DNA of 64,000 bases, taken from NCBI GenBank assembly GCA_002811645.1, contig PDIP01000032.1:339213-403212 (forward strand), written 5' to 3'. Source of the stretch: Corallochytrium limacisporum Hawaii (Eukaryota; Protista; Pluriformea). A model generated the notes under the pieces. That model saw only the letters and a program-made list of their open reading frames with translations. It had not been told where the DNA came from and did no database searches. Shown in pieces: positions 24,745 to 33,856 of the stretch. Position numbers and translations under genes: made by a program. The stretch's first letter is position 1, and every line of letters starts with the position of its first letter.

Positions 24745-25415
24745 TTAACCCCATGGACGAGGTGTACGTAGACTCGGGATGTCTCTGTCACGGGGGCCAA
24801 AATACGATAATTTAATTGGTAGAAAATAAAGAATCAAANNNNNNNNNNNNNNNNNNNNNNNNNNNNNNNNNNNNNNNNNNNNNNNNNNNNNNNNNNNNNN
24901 NNNNNNNNNNNNNNNNNNNNNNNNNNNNNNNNNNNNNNNNNNNNNNNNNNNNNNNNNNNNNNNNNNNNNNNNNNNNNNNNNNNNNNNNNNNNNNNNNNNN
25001 NNNNNNNNNNNNNNNNNNNNNNNNNNNNNNNNNNNNNNNNNNNNNNNNNNNNNNNNNNNNNNNNNNNNNNNNNNNNNNNNNNNNNNNNNNNNNNNNNNNN
25101 NNNNNNNNNNNNNNNNNNNNNNNNNNNNNNNNNNNNNNNNNNNNNNNNNNNNNNNNNNNNNNNNNNNNNNNNNNNNNNNNNNNNNNNNNNNNNNNNNNNN
25201 NNNNNNNNNNNNNNNNNNNNNNNNNNNNNACTGCCACACAGCTGGTAGAGACGGCTCCTGCCCGCCACCCTATGGGACTGTGCACCGAAGAAACCAAAAC
25301 TTCAGATGGCAAAGGAGAAGTCTGTGTGGTGTGGAACAGATAGTGCTTAGAAACAGGTCAAGGAACGTAGTAGATTACTTGTCGCAAGTGTGGCAGAAAG
25401 GTATTTAAGAGATAG
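24745..25415 (+). mobile_element. Possible decayed piggyBac-like element spanning an assembly gap
   Basis: TTAA|CCCC at 24745-24752 left of the gap. Right of the gap, a stop-interrupted frame QLVET..EVCVVW..ITCRKCGRKVF resembles a Cys-rich transposase tail. No matching right TIR seen. Confidence 0.25.
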
Positions 25416-25606
25416 CAGAGGCAGGGTATATCTGAGGTTAGTGATCATTCAGTAGACGCTGGTGCAAGTGTGTTGAATGTGTTGTTCAGAAATGTGACTT
25501 GGTTCGCCGCGAGACACTTGGAAATGTAGGGTCACAAGACCAGTGTCGAAATGTAGGTGCATATTGCAAAGAATTTATACAGTTATACGCGTTCAAAGTA
25601 TTCAAC

Positions 25607-26902
25607 ATGCCGACCAAGCGGTCGCTGATCCAGCCCGGACGCATGAAGCGTCTGATGCAACTTGATGACGATGTCGGGAAGATTGCAAAGGACGGTCTTA
25701 CGTATAGCACGATGGCTCTTGAAGTGTTCGCAAAGGGCCTAGTGAACGAGGCACTAGACGTTCTAAAAGCCCACGGTGGTAATACCTTAACAGCAAGCCA
25801 CCTCAAGAAGGTAATCATGGCCCGAGATCGGTATGACTTTGTGACCAAGCACTGTCGGAAAGTTCCAGACGAGATCCCCGTAAAGGTCAGTGCGCGTCGC
25901 AGACAGAGTACTGCGATGGTACCAGGAAAACGGAGAGCATCTGAACGCTCCACACCGGGAGACGGTCCCTTAAGTAGTAACACGAACACTCCCACAAAAG
26001 CCTCACGGCTCTCCATTGAACACAAGACGGCAAACGTCGAGCGGGCGTCACCATCGGCGCAGCCAAGCGGGTCAGGGAGTGCTCCAGCACCACTGCCACC
26101 GCCTCAACAGCAGCAGCAGCAGCAACAACAACAACAACAACAACAACAGCCTCCTCACCCACCACAAGCACAGTACCTTCCGGGACAATATCCTCCGTAC
26201 GCTCAACATCCACAGCAGCCGTACGTGGAGCACCCGCAGCAGCCCGGTCAGGCACCACATCCGTACTATGCCCAGGCTCCGCAATACTACCAACCACCTC
26301 CCAATTGTCCACCGGAGCAATTGGCCATGTACGATCAGCACAATCGCATGGTTGAAGAATGGTATGCGTACCATCAGCAGCAGGCCCAGGCTTATCACAC
26401 TGCTTCCCAGGGAGGACAGCAGCCACCGCCGTCAGGACAGTACCCTCCATACCAAGGGCAGCACCATCAGCCGCAGCAGTACTACCCTCCGCCCGCAGGG
26501 ACAGGGCAGCAGGCGCAGCAGGGTGGTTACCCACCGTACCAGGGACCAGCATCAGGAGGACAAGGTGCACCTCCTCCGCCGCAACAGCAGACGTCGGCCG
26601 CGGCTGATCCGTCCGCGCCTGCGCCCGAACCCAAACAAGAGGTCGTCGATGAGGAGAAGGCCGTACAGCCGACCAATGGAACTCAGCCACCACAGCGCCA
26701 GCCGACGCATCAGCAGCAAACCCCAACGTCTGCGCCAGCACAAGCACGGCAAGAAACACCACAACCACAGGGTCCTGAGGAGGATGAGGCAGCGAAGCTC
26801 GAGAAGCAGGCCCAGGAACTTGCCAAGATCACCGTCAACGCCTTAACCAAACGCCAAACGGTCAAGCAGGCTCAGGAAGATGACGACAGTGACTACGATT
26901 GA
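25607..26902 (+). CDS. DRAP1: NC2-alpha / Dr1-associated corepressor (H2A-like histone fold) with a long Q/P/Y-rich tail
   Basis: PGRMKRLMQLDDDVGKIA..ALEVF..TLTASHLKKVI..RYDF matches the DRAP1/Bur6 fold; acidic DDDSDYD end. First ATG at 25607. Confidence 0.88.
   Translation: MPTKRSLIQPGRMKRLMQLDDDVGKIAKDGLTYSTMALEVFAKGLVNEALDVLKAHGGNTLTASHLKKVIMARDRYDFVTKHCRKVPDEIPVKVSARRRQSTAMVPGKRRASERSTPGDGPLSSNTNTPTKASRLSIEHKTANVERASPSAQPSGSGSAPAPLPPPQQQQQQQQQQQQQQQPPHPPQAQYLPGQYPPYAQHPQQPYVEHPQQPGQAPHPYYAQAPQYYQPPPNCPPEQLAMYDQHNRMVEEWYAYHQQQAQAYHTASQGGQQPPPSGQYPPYQGQHHQPQQYYPPPAGTGQQAQQGGYPPYQGPASGGQGAPPPPQQQTSAAADPSAPAPEPKQEVVDEEKAVQPTNGTQPPQRQPTHQQQTPTSAPAQARQETPQPQGPEEDEAAKLEKQAQELAKITVNALTKRQTVKQAQEDDDSDYD
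26105..26149 (+). repeat. CAG/CAA repeat encoding poly-Q (15 Q) in DRAP1
   Basis: CAA(CAG)5(CAA)8CAG seen directly. Confidence 0.9.
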
Positions 26903-26968
26903 AGAACACATCATTGCAAAATCGTTGTACAATAGACATATATGTATTCATAGTAATCAACAGACATG

Positions 26969-29900
26969 CTAGACAGTGTCCAGACTGCCACACTGGCACT
27001 TGCAGCCACTGACAGGGCAAATGGTGTGACGGTCGAACCACTCTATGATGTGGCTCAGATGGCCTCCGTGGCGACAGTTCTGGCACCACGTGAACCACTG
27101 ATCAAGATCGCTCTCGAAGGCGAGCTGCGGATTGTGGAAGCCAAGACTGGCTTTTGTGCTGAACGCGCTCATGTGCAGGAGGCAGATACAACACCGCGGC
27201 AACGGTTTGTGGCAGTGGGGGCAAGACGAAAGCTTTGTGTGCGTACAGCGACGCGGATGGCCGCCCTCCGGGAAGATTTTCGTGCCGGAACCGCCAATAC
27301 CAGCACTTCCTGCAGTCTGCGATGCGCGAATTGACATGGGAGTGTAAGCGCCAGCGGACCCTACAAGCATGCCATCCTCGCTCGGCGGAGACATGCCAGT
27401 CACTACGCCTGCGCTCTGGTCACCAGCACCACCGGAAACGTTCGTAGCTCCGCCCGCGTTGGTGGCCTTCAGTGGTGGTGCAGTATAGGCTTCGGCCGCG
27501 ACGCTCTTACCGCAGAACGAGCAGCGCACAAGCAACTGCGGGCTGTGGCGATTAGTCGCACCAACAGCGACATCAAGCTTGGCACGGTCCAAGAATAGCG
27601 TCCAGCGATTCAGCAGCTCACGGTACATGTCCATCCAGGTACGAACCTGAATTGACTCCAGCCAGGCCTGGTCCCTCCATTGCATGGCCAGGAGAGCCAC
27701 TGTCTGAACATCACTGGTCTGATCCATGTACTGTTGCATCAGATCAATGCCTTCCTGTGCCCATCCGGTAAGCATGAGCCCAGTCAGATTACCAGCCTTT
27801 ATATACTTGGCCTGCTCCTTGAACATCCACAGTGCCAACTTCCGGTCATCCAAGAAACGAACAGCAATCCCAATGCGATCGGCAAGGTGAATGTTATCGT
27901 CCTCTAGCACATCCGCGAACTTGGCATCCTCACAGGTTAGGAAAGAAAAGGCGCCGCGGATGTAGGGGTCCTCAATTTCCCGAGAAATTGTCTTTGCATT
28001 GGTGATCCACATATTGGAGTGGCTGCTGTCGCTGGTACTGGCGCTGTATCCGGCAAGGGCAATGGCCATGATAGAGAACATGTGTTGCTGGTCGCCAGTG
28101 CGTGCATCAGCCTCTTTCAGGACCTGGATAGCATAGTTTATGTCACTCTGCCAAATTGCCAGTGCAGCGGCTTGCTCATGACTCTTTGTGCGAGTATTGG
28201 CCACAAAGTCTGCGGGGTGAGGTCGCGGGACAGTACCGGAACGTAGTGGATCTGTACCCTTTGTTTGGGTCGATGGGCTAGCGGTTTGTTCATGACCGCT
28301 AAGGTCTCCCCGGTTTGAGAGAATCCTGTCCTTACCCCCCGTACCGGTGTCCGTGCTGCGGACAGAGGTGATCTCTGTGCCATCGTTGATGTCCAGGAAG
28401 TCCTCGGTATTATATAAGGATACATCGGAGCAGAGATCCCAGCCAATCATGCGGAGTACCAAAGACCTCTGGGGCGAAGTGTACACCGTAAAATTGAGGT
28501 CTTTGCTCAGCTCCGACCCACCGATGCTGCCTGTTCGCCTAGAATGGTTACCGGCGTCACTGCTACGTCGACTGTTGAGCTCCCGAACCTTTGGATTTAC
28601 GGGCAATTTCAGCTCTGTTGCCGCCGCAGCAATGTTCTCGTCACGTAGTAGACATGACACCGGGCCACCGAAAATGAGTCTCTCGGATTGCCGCTTCCTC
28701 GTTTGCTCAAGAGTCTCGTACTCTGACCGGTGATCGTCAGGTTCATCAGTGATAATCATGCGAATGAGATTCGCGGCCGCTGCTTCAAGGTTGGGGAGGC
28801 GCGCAATCCAGCTCCACAGTTCACTCAACACCGGGCTTTGCTCATTCATTAAGATGGCATTTGTAGCTGCAGAAGCACCATATCCCTTTCGAGAACGCGT
28901 ATTCATAATCGCGCCAATGTCATTCGCCAGGTCTTCGATGCCCAATTTGTCCACTTCCATGGTCCGCAGGCGCCCAAAGTATGTGCTCAATCTCGTGTCT
29001 GCATTCCAAGCCATGGAAACTCGCGGCGCAACTTTCAAATCACAAAGCCTTCCCTCGCGGCTGAGTACGAGCACGGCACCTGAGCTGGTCCATGCCATAG
29101 ATGCCGGGGCAAACGGTGGCATTCGAGTGGTCCATCGTCTTGTGACCGTAGCCTCTGCAAATGTTGAGTTCTGCATGGGATGCGTAGAGGGGTCATCAGA
29201 TTCCACAAAAACAGTGCTGTTGGGTATCTGACTATCCGTCGGCCCGGTAGTCGGAGTGGAGTAGAAGTAGTTGAGGTCCCAAATCCGTGGGGTTGTGGCA
29301 TCCTCACCGAGTGTGGCCAGTTGCCCGCGGGAGTCTTTGCTTGATGAGTACGACAAAGCACGGATACGATGTCCGGTATTGAACTGCTGAATGGGTGCCG
29401 TGAGATTCCGCAGATCCCAGATCTTCACGACGGAATCTCCCATTGCATATGAAGCTAACCGGTGCTCATGATGCGGATCCATCGTCAATCCATTCACTGC
29501 CTTGGTGTTGACCGTAATGGCGCCCGATGGGTCTCGGAGATCGTAGACACGAATGTACCTGCCAGCCATACCTGCTGCCAATTTGTACATGGATGACGGG
29601 AACCATGCGAAGGAGACTACAGATTCACCGGCTGCCATCTCAGTGATCGGTTTGCGGTACAGATTCTGTTTGTGTCCCTGCACACTCACCTGCCATAGGC
29701 TGGTGATCATGGCATTGGATCGGACCAATGCGTCACTCGATGCATCATCTTTCAGGTCGCTCACATCCTTGACCACACTTCGGGGATCTCTAGAAAGCTT
29801 GGATGTTCCTTCCTGGGATAGCAGACTTGTTACCTGCGTGCTTCCATCTGTCGCTGCCGATGAAATGGAAACGTTGGGGTCGCTGCCAGATGCCGATCCT

Positions 29901-30673
29901 GCAACTTCAATATCCCAAATAACCAGACTGGCCTCGTTTCGGTATTTGTCCAACCCAGCAGCAACCACACAACCGGTCCCGACTGGTGCCCACTGAATGG
30001 CTGAGCATGATCGACGATGTGGTGGAGTCAATTCGATGCGAATATCGCTCTCACCTACCCCACTACCAAAAGAGTCTCTTGTGCCGCCAATGCCGCGAGA
30101 GTCATTTGGCCCACTTCCACTGCCTCTTGTCCCCTGCTGCGCTGTCGAAGTCGACGATGTTGGCAACTGAAGTACAGTGATCTTTCCGTTCAGTTGGCCG
30201 GCGGCAATTGCGTGTGCGTAGGTCTTCACACGACACCAATCTAAGCAGCTTAATTGAGGTAATGCACTAGAAGTGTGTACCAGTCGCACATCTGCAAGAG
30301 ATCCATCTTGATCCGCACTCGCACCAATTGATCTTGCCGAGTCAACTGTGTCCGATTTGTGACCCTGACCATCCTTTCCTGACTTTCCTTCCGAGCCAGT
30401 GCCTATATTTTCCATACCAGCACTGCTGGGTGTTGATCTGGTGCCCCTCATCCCTGAAATGGGTCGCTGCCGCACAGTAGACTGACCCTGACGAGCCCGC
30501 ATTGCCGAGTCTCGGCTGACAGACACGTTCCATAGCGAAGAGCGGCCTGCAGTCTCAACGCCGCGGTTTCGCACAATATCATACAAGCGAATTTCACTGT
30601 CTCCGACAATGAACTCTGTGTCTGAGTGCGGAGAAAATTGTACCGTGGTGTACACGGCCCCGCTTTTCGACAT
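26969..30673 (-). CDS. MIOS: GATOR2 complex subunit MIOS/Sea4
   Basis: 1234 aa uninterrupted ORF: N-terminal WD40s (VAAGLDKYRNEASLVIWD; TKAVNGLTMDP), central DPYIRGAFSFL and GNLTGLMLTG, and C-terminal zinc/RING CPHCHKPLPRCCIC..WFTWCQNCRHGGH..WF..CPVSGCKCQC. Confidence 0.96.
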   Translation of the reverse strand: MSKSGAVYTTVQFSPHSDTEFIVGDSEIRLYDIVRNRGVETAGRSSLWNVSVSRDSAMRARQGQSTVRQRPISGMRGTRSTPSSAGMENIGTGSEGKSGKDGQGHKSDTVDSARSIGASADQDGSLADVRLVHTSSALPQLSCLDWCRVKTYAHAIAAGQLNGKITVLQLPTSSTSTAQQGTRGSGSGPNDSRGIGGTRDSFGSGVGESDIRIELTPPHRRSCSAIQWAPVGTGCVVAAGLDKYRNEASLVIWDIEVAGSASGSDPNVSISSAATDGSTQVTSLLSQEGTSKLSRDPRSVVKDVSDLKDDASSDALVRSNAMITSLWQVSVQGHKQNLYRKPITEMAAGESVVSFAWFPSSMYKLAAGMAGRYIRVYDLRDPSGAITVNTKAVNGLTMDPHHEHRLASYAMGDSVVKIWDLRNLTAPIQQFNTGHRIRALSYSSSKDSRGQLATLGEDATTPRIWDLNYFYSTPTTGPTDSQIPNSTVFVESDDPSTHPMQNSTFAEATVTRRWTTRMPPFAPASMAWTSSGAVLVLSREGRLCDLKVAPRVSMAWNADTRLSTYFGRLRTMEVDKLGIEDLANDIGAIMNTRSRKGYGASAATNAILMNEQSPVLSELWSWIARLPNLEAAAANLIRMIITDEPDDHRSEYETLEQTRKRQSERLIFGGPVSCLLRDENIAAAATELKLPVNPKVRELNSRRSSDAGNHSRRTGSIGGSELSKDLNFTVYTSPQRSLVLRMIGWDLCSDVSLYNTEDFLDINDGTEITSVRSTDTGTGGKDRILSNRGDLSGHEQTASPSTQTKGTDPLRSGTVPRPHPADFVANTRTKSHEQAAALAIWQSDINYAIQVLKEADARTGDQQHMFSIMAIALAGYSASTSDSSHSNMWITNAKTISREIEDPYIRGAFSFLTCEDAKFADVLEDDNIHLADRIGIAVRFLDDRKLALWMFKEQAKYIKAGNLTGLMLTGWAQEGIDLMQQYMDQTSDVQTVALLAMQWRDQAWLESIQVRTWMDMYRELLNRWTLFLDRAKLDVAVGATNRHSPQLLVRCSFCGKSVAAEAYTAPPLKATNAGGATNVSGGAGDQSAGVVTGMSPPSEDGMLVGSAGAYTPMSIRASQTAGSAGIGGSGTKIFPEGGHPRRCTHTKLSSCPHCHKPLPRCCICLLHMSAFSTKASLGFHNPQLAFESDLDQWFTWCQNCRHGGHLSHIIEWFDRHTICPVSGCKCQCGSLDTV

Positions 30674-31277
30674 CTTTGATGAGGATGTAGTCTGGTCACT
30701 TCAATATCTATGACATGATTGTACCAAAGCTCCGCACTGTAATGGATATATCCTGGCTCTTTATCTTGGCCAACCACTATCAAAGGATGGGTTTTAGAAA
30801 ATTGTCTCAGTTTCTAGACCTGGCGTGAAGTACCATCTGTAAATATTGAATGCACACTACGCAACAATTCGAGTTCTGCCCCAGTGTTTTGGCTCCCTTA
30901 CCTTGAAGCCGTCCGGTCGAAGATGTCCCCCCTGGCCCCCTCCCGCCTGGCCTCCCCGCACACCTAGCCACCGTTAGTTTTTTAAACCCCTGCGGACAAC
31001 TAAAAAAGTAATTTTGCAGAGTGTCTATTTTTGTTAGCAAGGGGTGCTGGAAATTTCGCGGTGGTAAGGGAGCCCCCGGGCAAGACTCCGGTGAATACTA
31101 AAGCTATCTCAGACCACACGAGAGAGTCAATATTTCGCTCTGGTGTGCATACCAAAGCAGTCTATTTATCGATTTATAAAAGCTGAGTCGTTTCGAAATT
31201 GGCGTTGTGAAATCAGAGGCCGAATATGCAAACATGTAAATAGGGCAATATTCGCGAACGCAGTCGGCAACACAGCG

Positions 31278-32273
31278 ATGGATCAAAACTCCGGAGCGGA
31301 GGATGCGCCTAGCGCTTTGTCTCGGCTACGAGAACAAATGCCAGTGTTTACGCCGGTCTTTAGTCGGGTGTACCAAATGGATGCACACCGATTGGATGAC
31401 CTCATGTCTGGTATGCTGTTAGATCAGCTAAAAGCATTGGGCAGAAGCTTACCAGCCCACTTTGCGAGCAAAGTAGAAACCTACGCAGCTGAGCTGAAAA
31501 TGATATGCCTTGCCTGTGTGGTTGGAGTACCATTGTTGAACTTCAATGCCACTTTTGGAGAAGAGCTTTTGAATTTGCGTACAGTCCGATCGGCTACTAA
31601 CACGAGGGTATCTTTAGGAAGGCGGGTCTTGCTTGCAGCTTTGCTGGTGGGATCTGACTATGTGCGGGAACGGGTCACGGAATATCTCGTACAGAGAGAA
31701 GTGCATCATAGTAATCCCAATGGGGACCAAGTGCTGCAGACATGGGACCGGGCTGTGGCAGCTGTTAGGATACTGAAGTTTTTGAACATGTTGGCCTTCC
31801 TGAAGAATGGGACCTACCCAACATTAGCCCACCGGTTGCTTTCGGTGTCTCTCCAATTCAAGACTACCACAGCTGAAAAGTTTGTAAGCTATGAATACAT
31901 GAGCCGAGAAATGCTGTGGCAGGGCTTTGCGGAATTCTTCATCTTCTTAATTCCGCTCATGAAGGTAAAGTCATTGAAGGGTATGCTGTTCAGTGTCTTC
32001 TTCCACACTGACAAGATCAACAAGATCGCGGACAGTGAGGAGTCTGAACGGGAGCGCGGCTGCCCTATCTGTGGCGAGGCAGTACCAACTATTCCAGTGT
32101 CTGCAGTCAAGAGTGGGTGCCACCACCGCTTCTGCTACTACTGCATTGCAAGCAACCAGGAAGAGGATCCGTCCTTCGCCTGCCCATCCTGCAGTAATAC
32201 CGTTGGTGCTGTGGCTCGCAGCATGACCAGGAAAGGTGGCAAGACGTCTCTGAAGGGCACCAATGGGGCATAG
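31278..32273 (+). CDS. PEX2: Peroxisomal RING E3 ligase peroxin-2
   Basis: SRVYQMDAHRLD, ATFGEELLNL, FLKNGTYPTLAHRLL and SYEYMSREMLWQGFAEF, then a C3HC4 RING CPICG..CHHRFCYYC..CPSC. Confidence 0.94.
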   Translation: MDQNSGAEDAPSALSRLREQMPVFTPVFSRVYQMDAHRLDDLMSGMLLDQLKALGRSLPAHFASKVETYAAELKMICLACVVGVPLLNFNATFGEELLNLRTVRSATNTRVSLGRRVLLAALLVGSDYVRERVTEYLVQREVHHSNPNGDQVLQTWDRAVAAVRILKFLNMLAFLKNGTYPTLAHRLLSVSLQFKTTTAEKFVSYEYMSREMLWQGFAEFFIFLIPLMKVKSLKGMLFSVFFHTDKINKIADSEESERERGCPICGEAVPTIPVSAVKSGCHHRFCYYCIASNQEEDPSFACPSCSNTVGAVARSMTRKGGKTSLKGTNGA

Positions 32274-32686
32274 AATTGTACTATACACGTATTTTACCAT
32301 TTCTTGCATAACAGTGTGCTTCACTAATGTCATGGTCAGAGCACACCCTACCGGCGACCCTCGTCCACGGGCTCGCCTTTGGCTTTTTCCTCCCCCCACC
32401 GTGGCACCCGAACAAAACAGCTATCCATCCGCGGGCAGGGCGCGAAGAGCTTGAAATGTAAGCCTCGCCAGCAAGCATTCCTTCATTTTCCGAGACGCAG
32501 CCAAAAGCCTTGAATGGAGACATAGCCAGGTATACAGTGAGTACTATAAATGCAAATATACCACATGAAATAGGTCTGCTGCTCGGTGACTTGTTTGGAT
32601 CACAGAGAAGAAAAGCAGGATCGCGCAAAAATCAAAACAAGAATGATGTGGACGTAAACAAATGACCATAATAGTCGACCGTCACA

Positions 32687-33856
32687 ATGGCAACAGATCG
32701 AAACGAACAGAGCTTCTTTGAATTCTTCACGTCTTTACAATGGACCATCCCGTCACGGGCACCAGCGTGGCACAAATATGTATTCCCAAACGAATACGGG
32801 ACACTGGAGGCGTCATCACAGTACCTTATGGACTTTCGAGTCCAGAACCATTTAAGTTTGCGCGGGCGCAAGACCATCGGGCCACATTTGCGGAGAATGT
32901 TTGAATTTAACCTGCTAGAAGGCGTGTCAGCTCTGTCCTTTTTTTATGACTCTGTGCCACAAGCTGCCGAAGATTCCCTTTTCAACAGTTTTGATCATAG
33001 TACAAACCAGCGGCCAAGCTTGAACAGATCTTTTTTGGTCCCAATGCATACCGGGATAGGAAGGGGACGGAACAGGCCAGTTTTGAATACGGAGACCGAG
33101 TTGGAGACAGACCAAAATGAACGGAGTCAGGACTCTGAATTCCTGGTCTCTGAATTATCACCCTACGACTATATTCGACCTTCTGGGGTGCAGATGGCTG
33201 GTACAGCATATAGTGACGGTGCATTGGATGCCTATTTCTCAACATCTATAGATGAAACCTGGCGAGTCAACCTTAATGCACTCAGCATGCTGAGTAGCCT
33301 AGCCATGAGCAGCATGACCTTTGCCGTGTACAGAGACAGTCCGAACGCGTGCGTACGGACCTTTTACGACACCCATGACCATCTCATCGGATTGTCCGTG
33401 CTTGGCAATCCTTTACAGACGGCGCCGCAGTGGAACCTGGGCGCAGAACTGGTCTACAGTGGTACACAAAGGCAACCGGGACTATCTATCGGAACAAGCT
33501 ATCGTCTTGCTCCCATCAATGGCGGTCGAGAGCGTCTCATCACATGCACCATTTCACCCATCTCGGGTCACATCGTCACGGCCTTTACCGCCGTCCTCGG
33601 TCGCTATGCTGTGGCAGCGACACGCCTGGAGTACAACATGCATTCGAATGAAAGCAACGTCGGCTTCGGCCTCCAGGTTGCACCAACGGCGGAAAGTCCG
33701 TACGGCTTGACACTGGGCATCGAGAACCGCACCGGAGCAGCACTGGTCTTCACCGCCATTCTGGATGCCATCATGATCGAGATTGGCACCGGTTTCAAGT
33801 TCCACAAGCGAAGCCCGGATGCTCAATTCGGTATTTCCTTGTCTGTAGATACATGA
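32687..33856 (+). CDS. MDM10: Mitochondrial outer-membrane beta-barrel Mdm10 (ERMES/SAM subunit)
   Basis: WNLGAELVYS..PGLSIG, TCTISPISGHI and RLEYNMHSNESNVGFG match Mdm10 C-terminal motifs; alternating beta-strand pattern ending in FGISLSV. Confidence 0.75.
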   Translation: MATDRNEQSFFEFFTSLQWTIPSRAPAWHKYVFPNEYGTLEASSQYLMDFRVQNHLSLRGRKTIGPHLRRMFEFNLLEGVSALSFFYDSVPQAAEDSLFNSFDHSTNQRPSLNRSFLVPMHTGIGRGRNRPVLNTETELETDQNERSQDSEFLVSELSPYDYIRPSGVQMAGTAYSDGALDAYFSTSIDETWRVNLNALSMLSSLAMSSMTFAVYRDSPNACVRTFYDTHDHLIGLSVLGNPLQTAPQWNLGAELVYSGTQRQPGLSIGTSYRLAPINGGRERLITCTISPISGHIVTAFTAVLGRYAVAATRLEYNMHSNESNVGFGLQVAPTAESPYGLTLGIENRTGAALVFTAILDAIMIEIGTGFKFHKRSPDAQFGISLSVDT

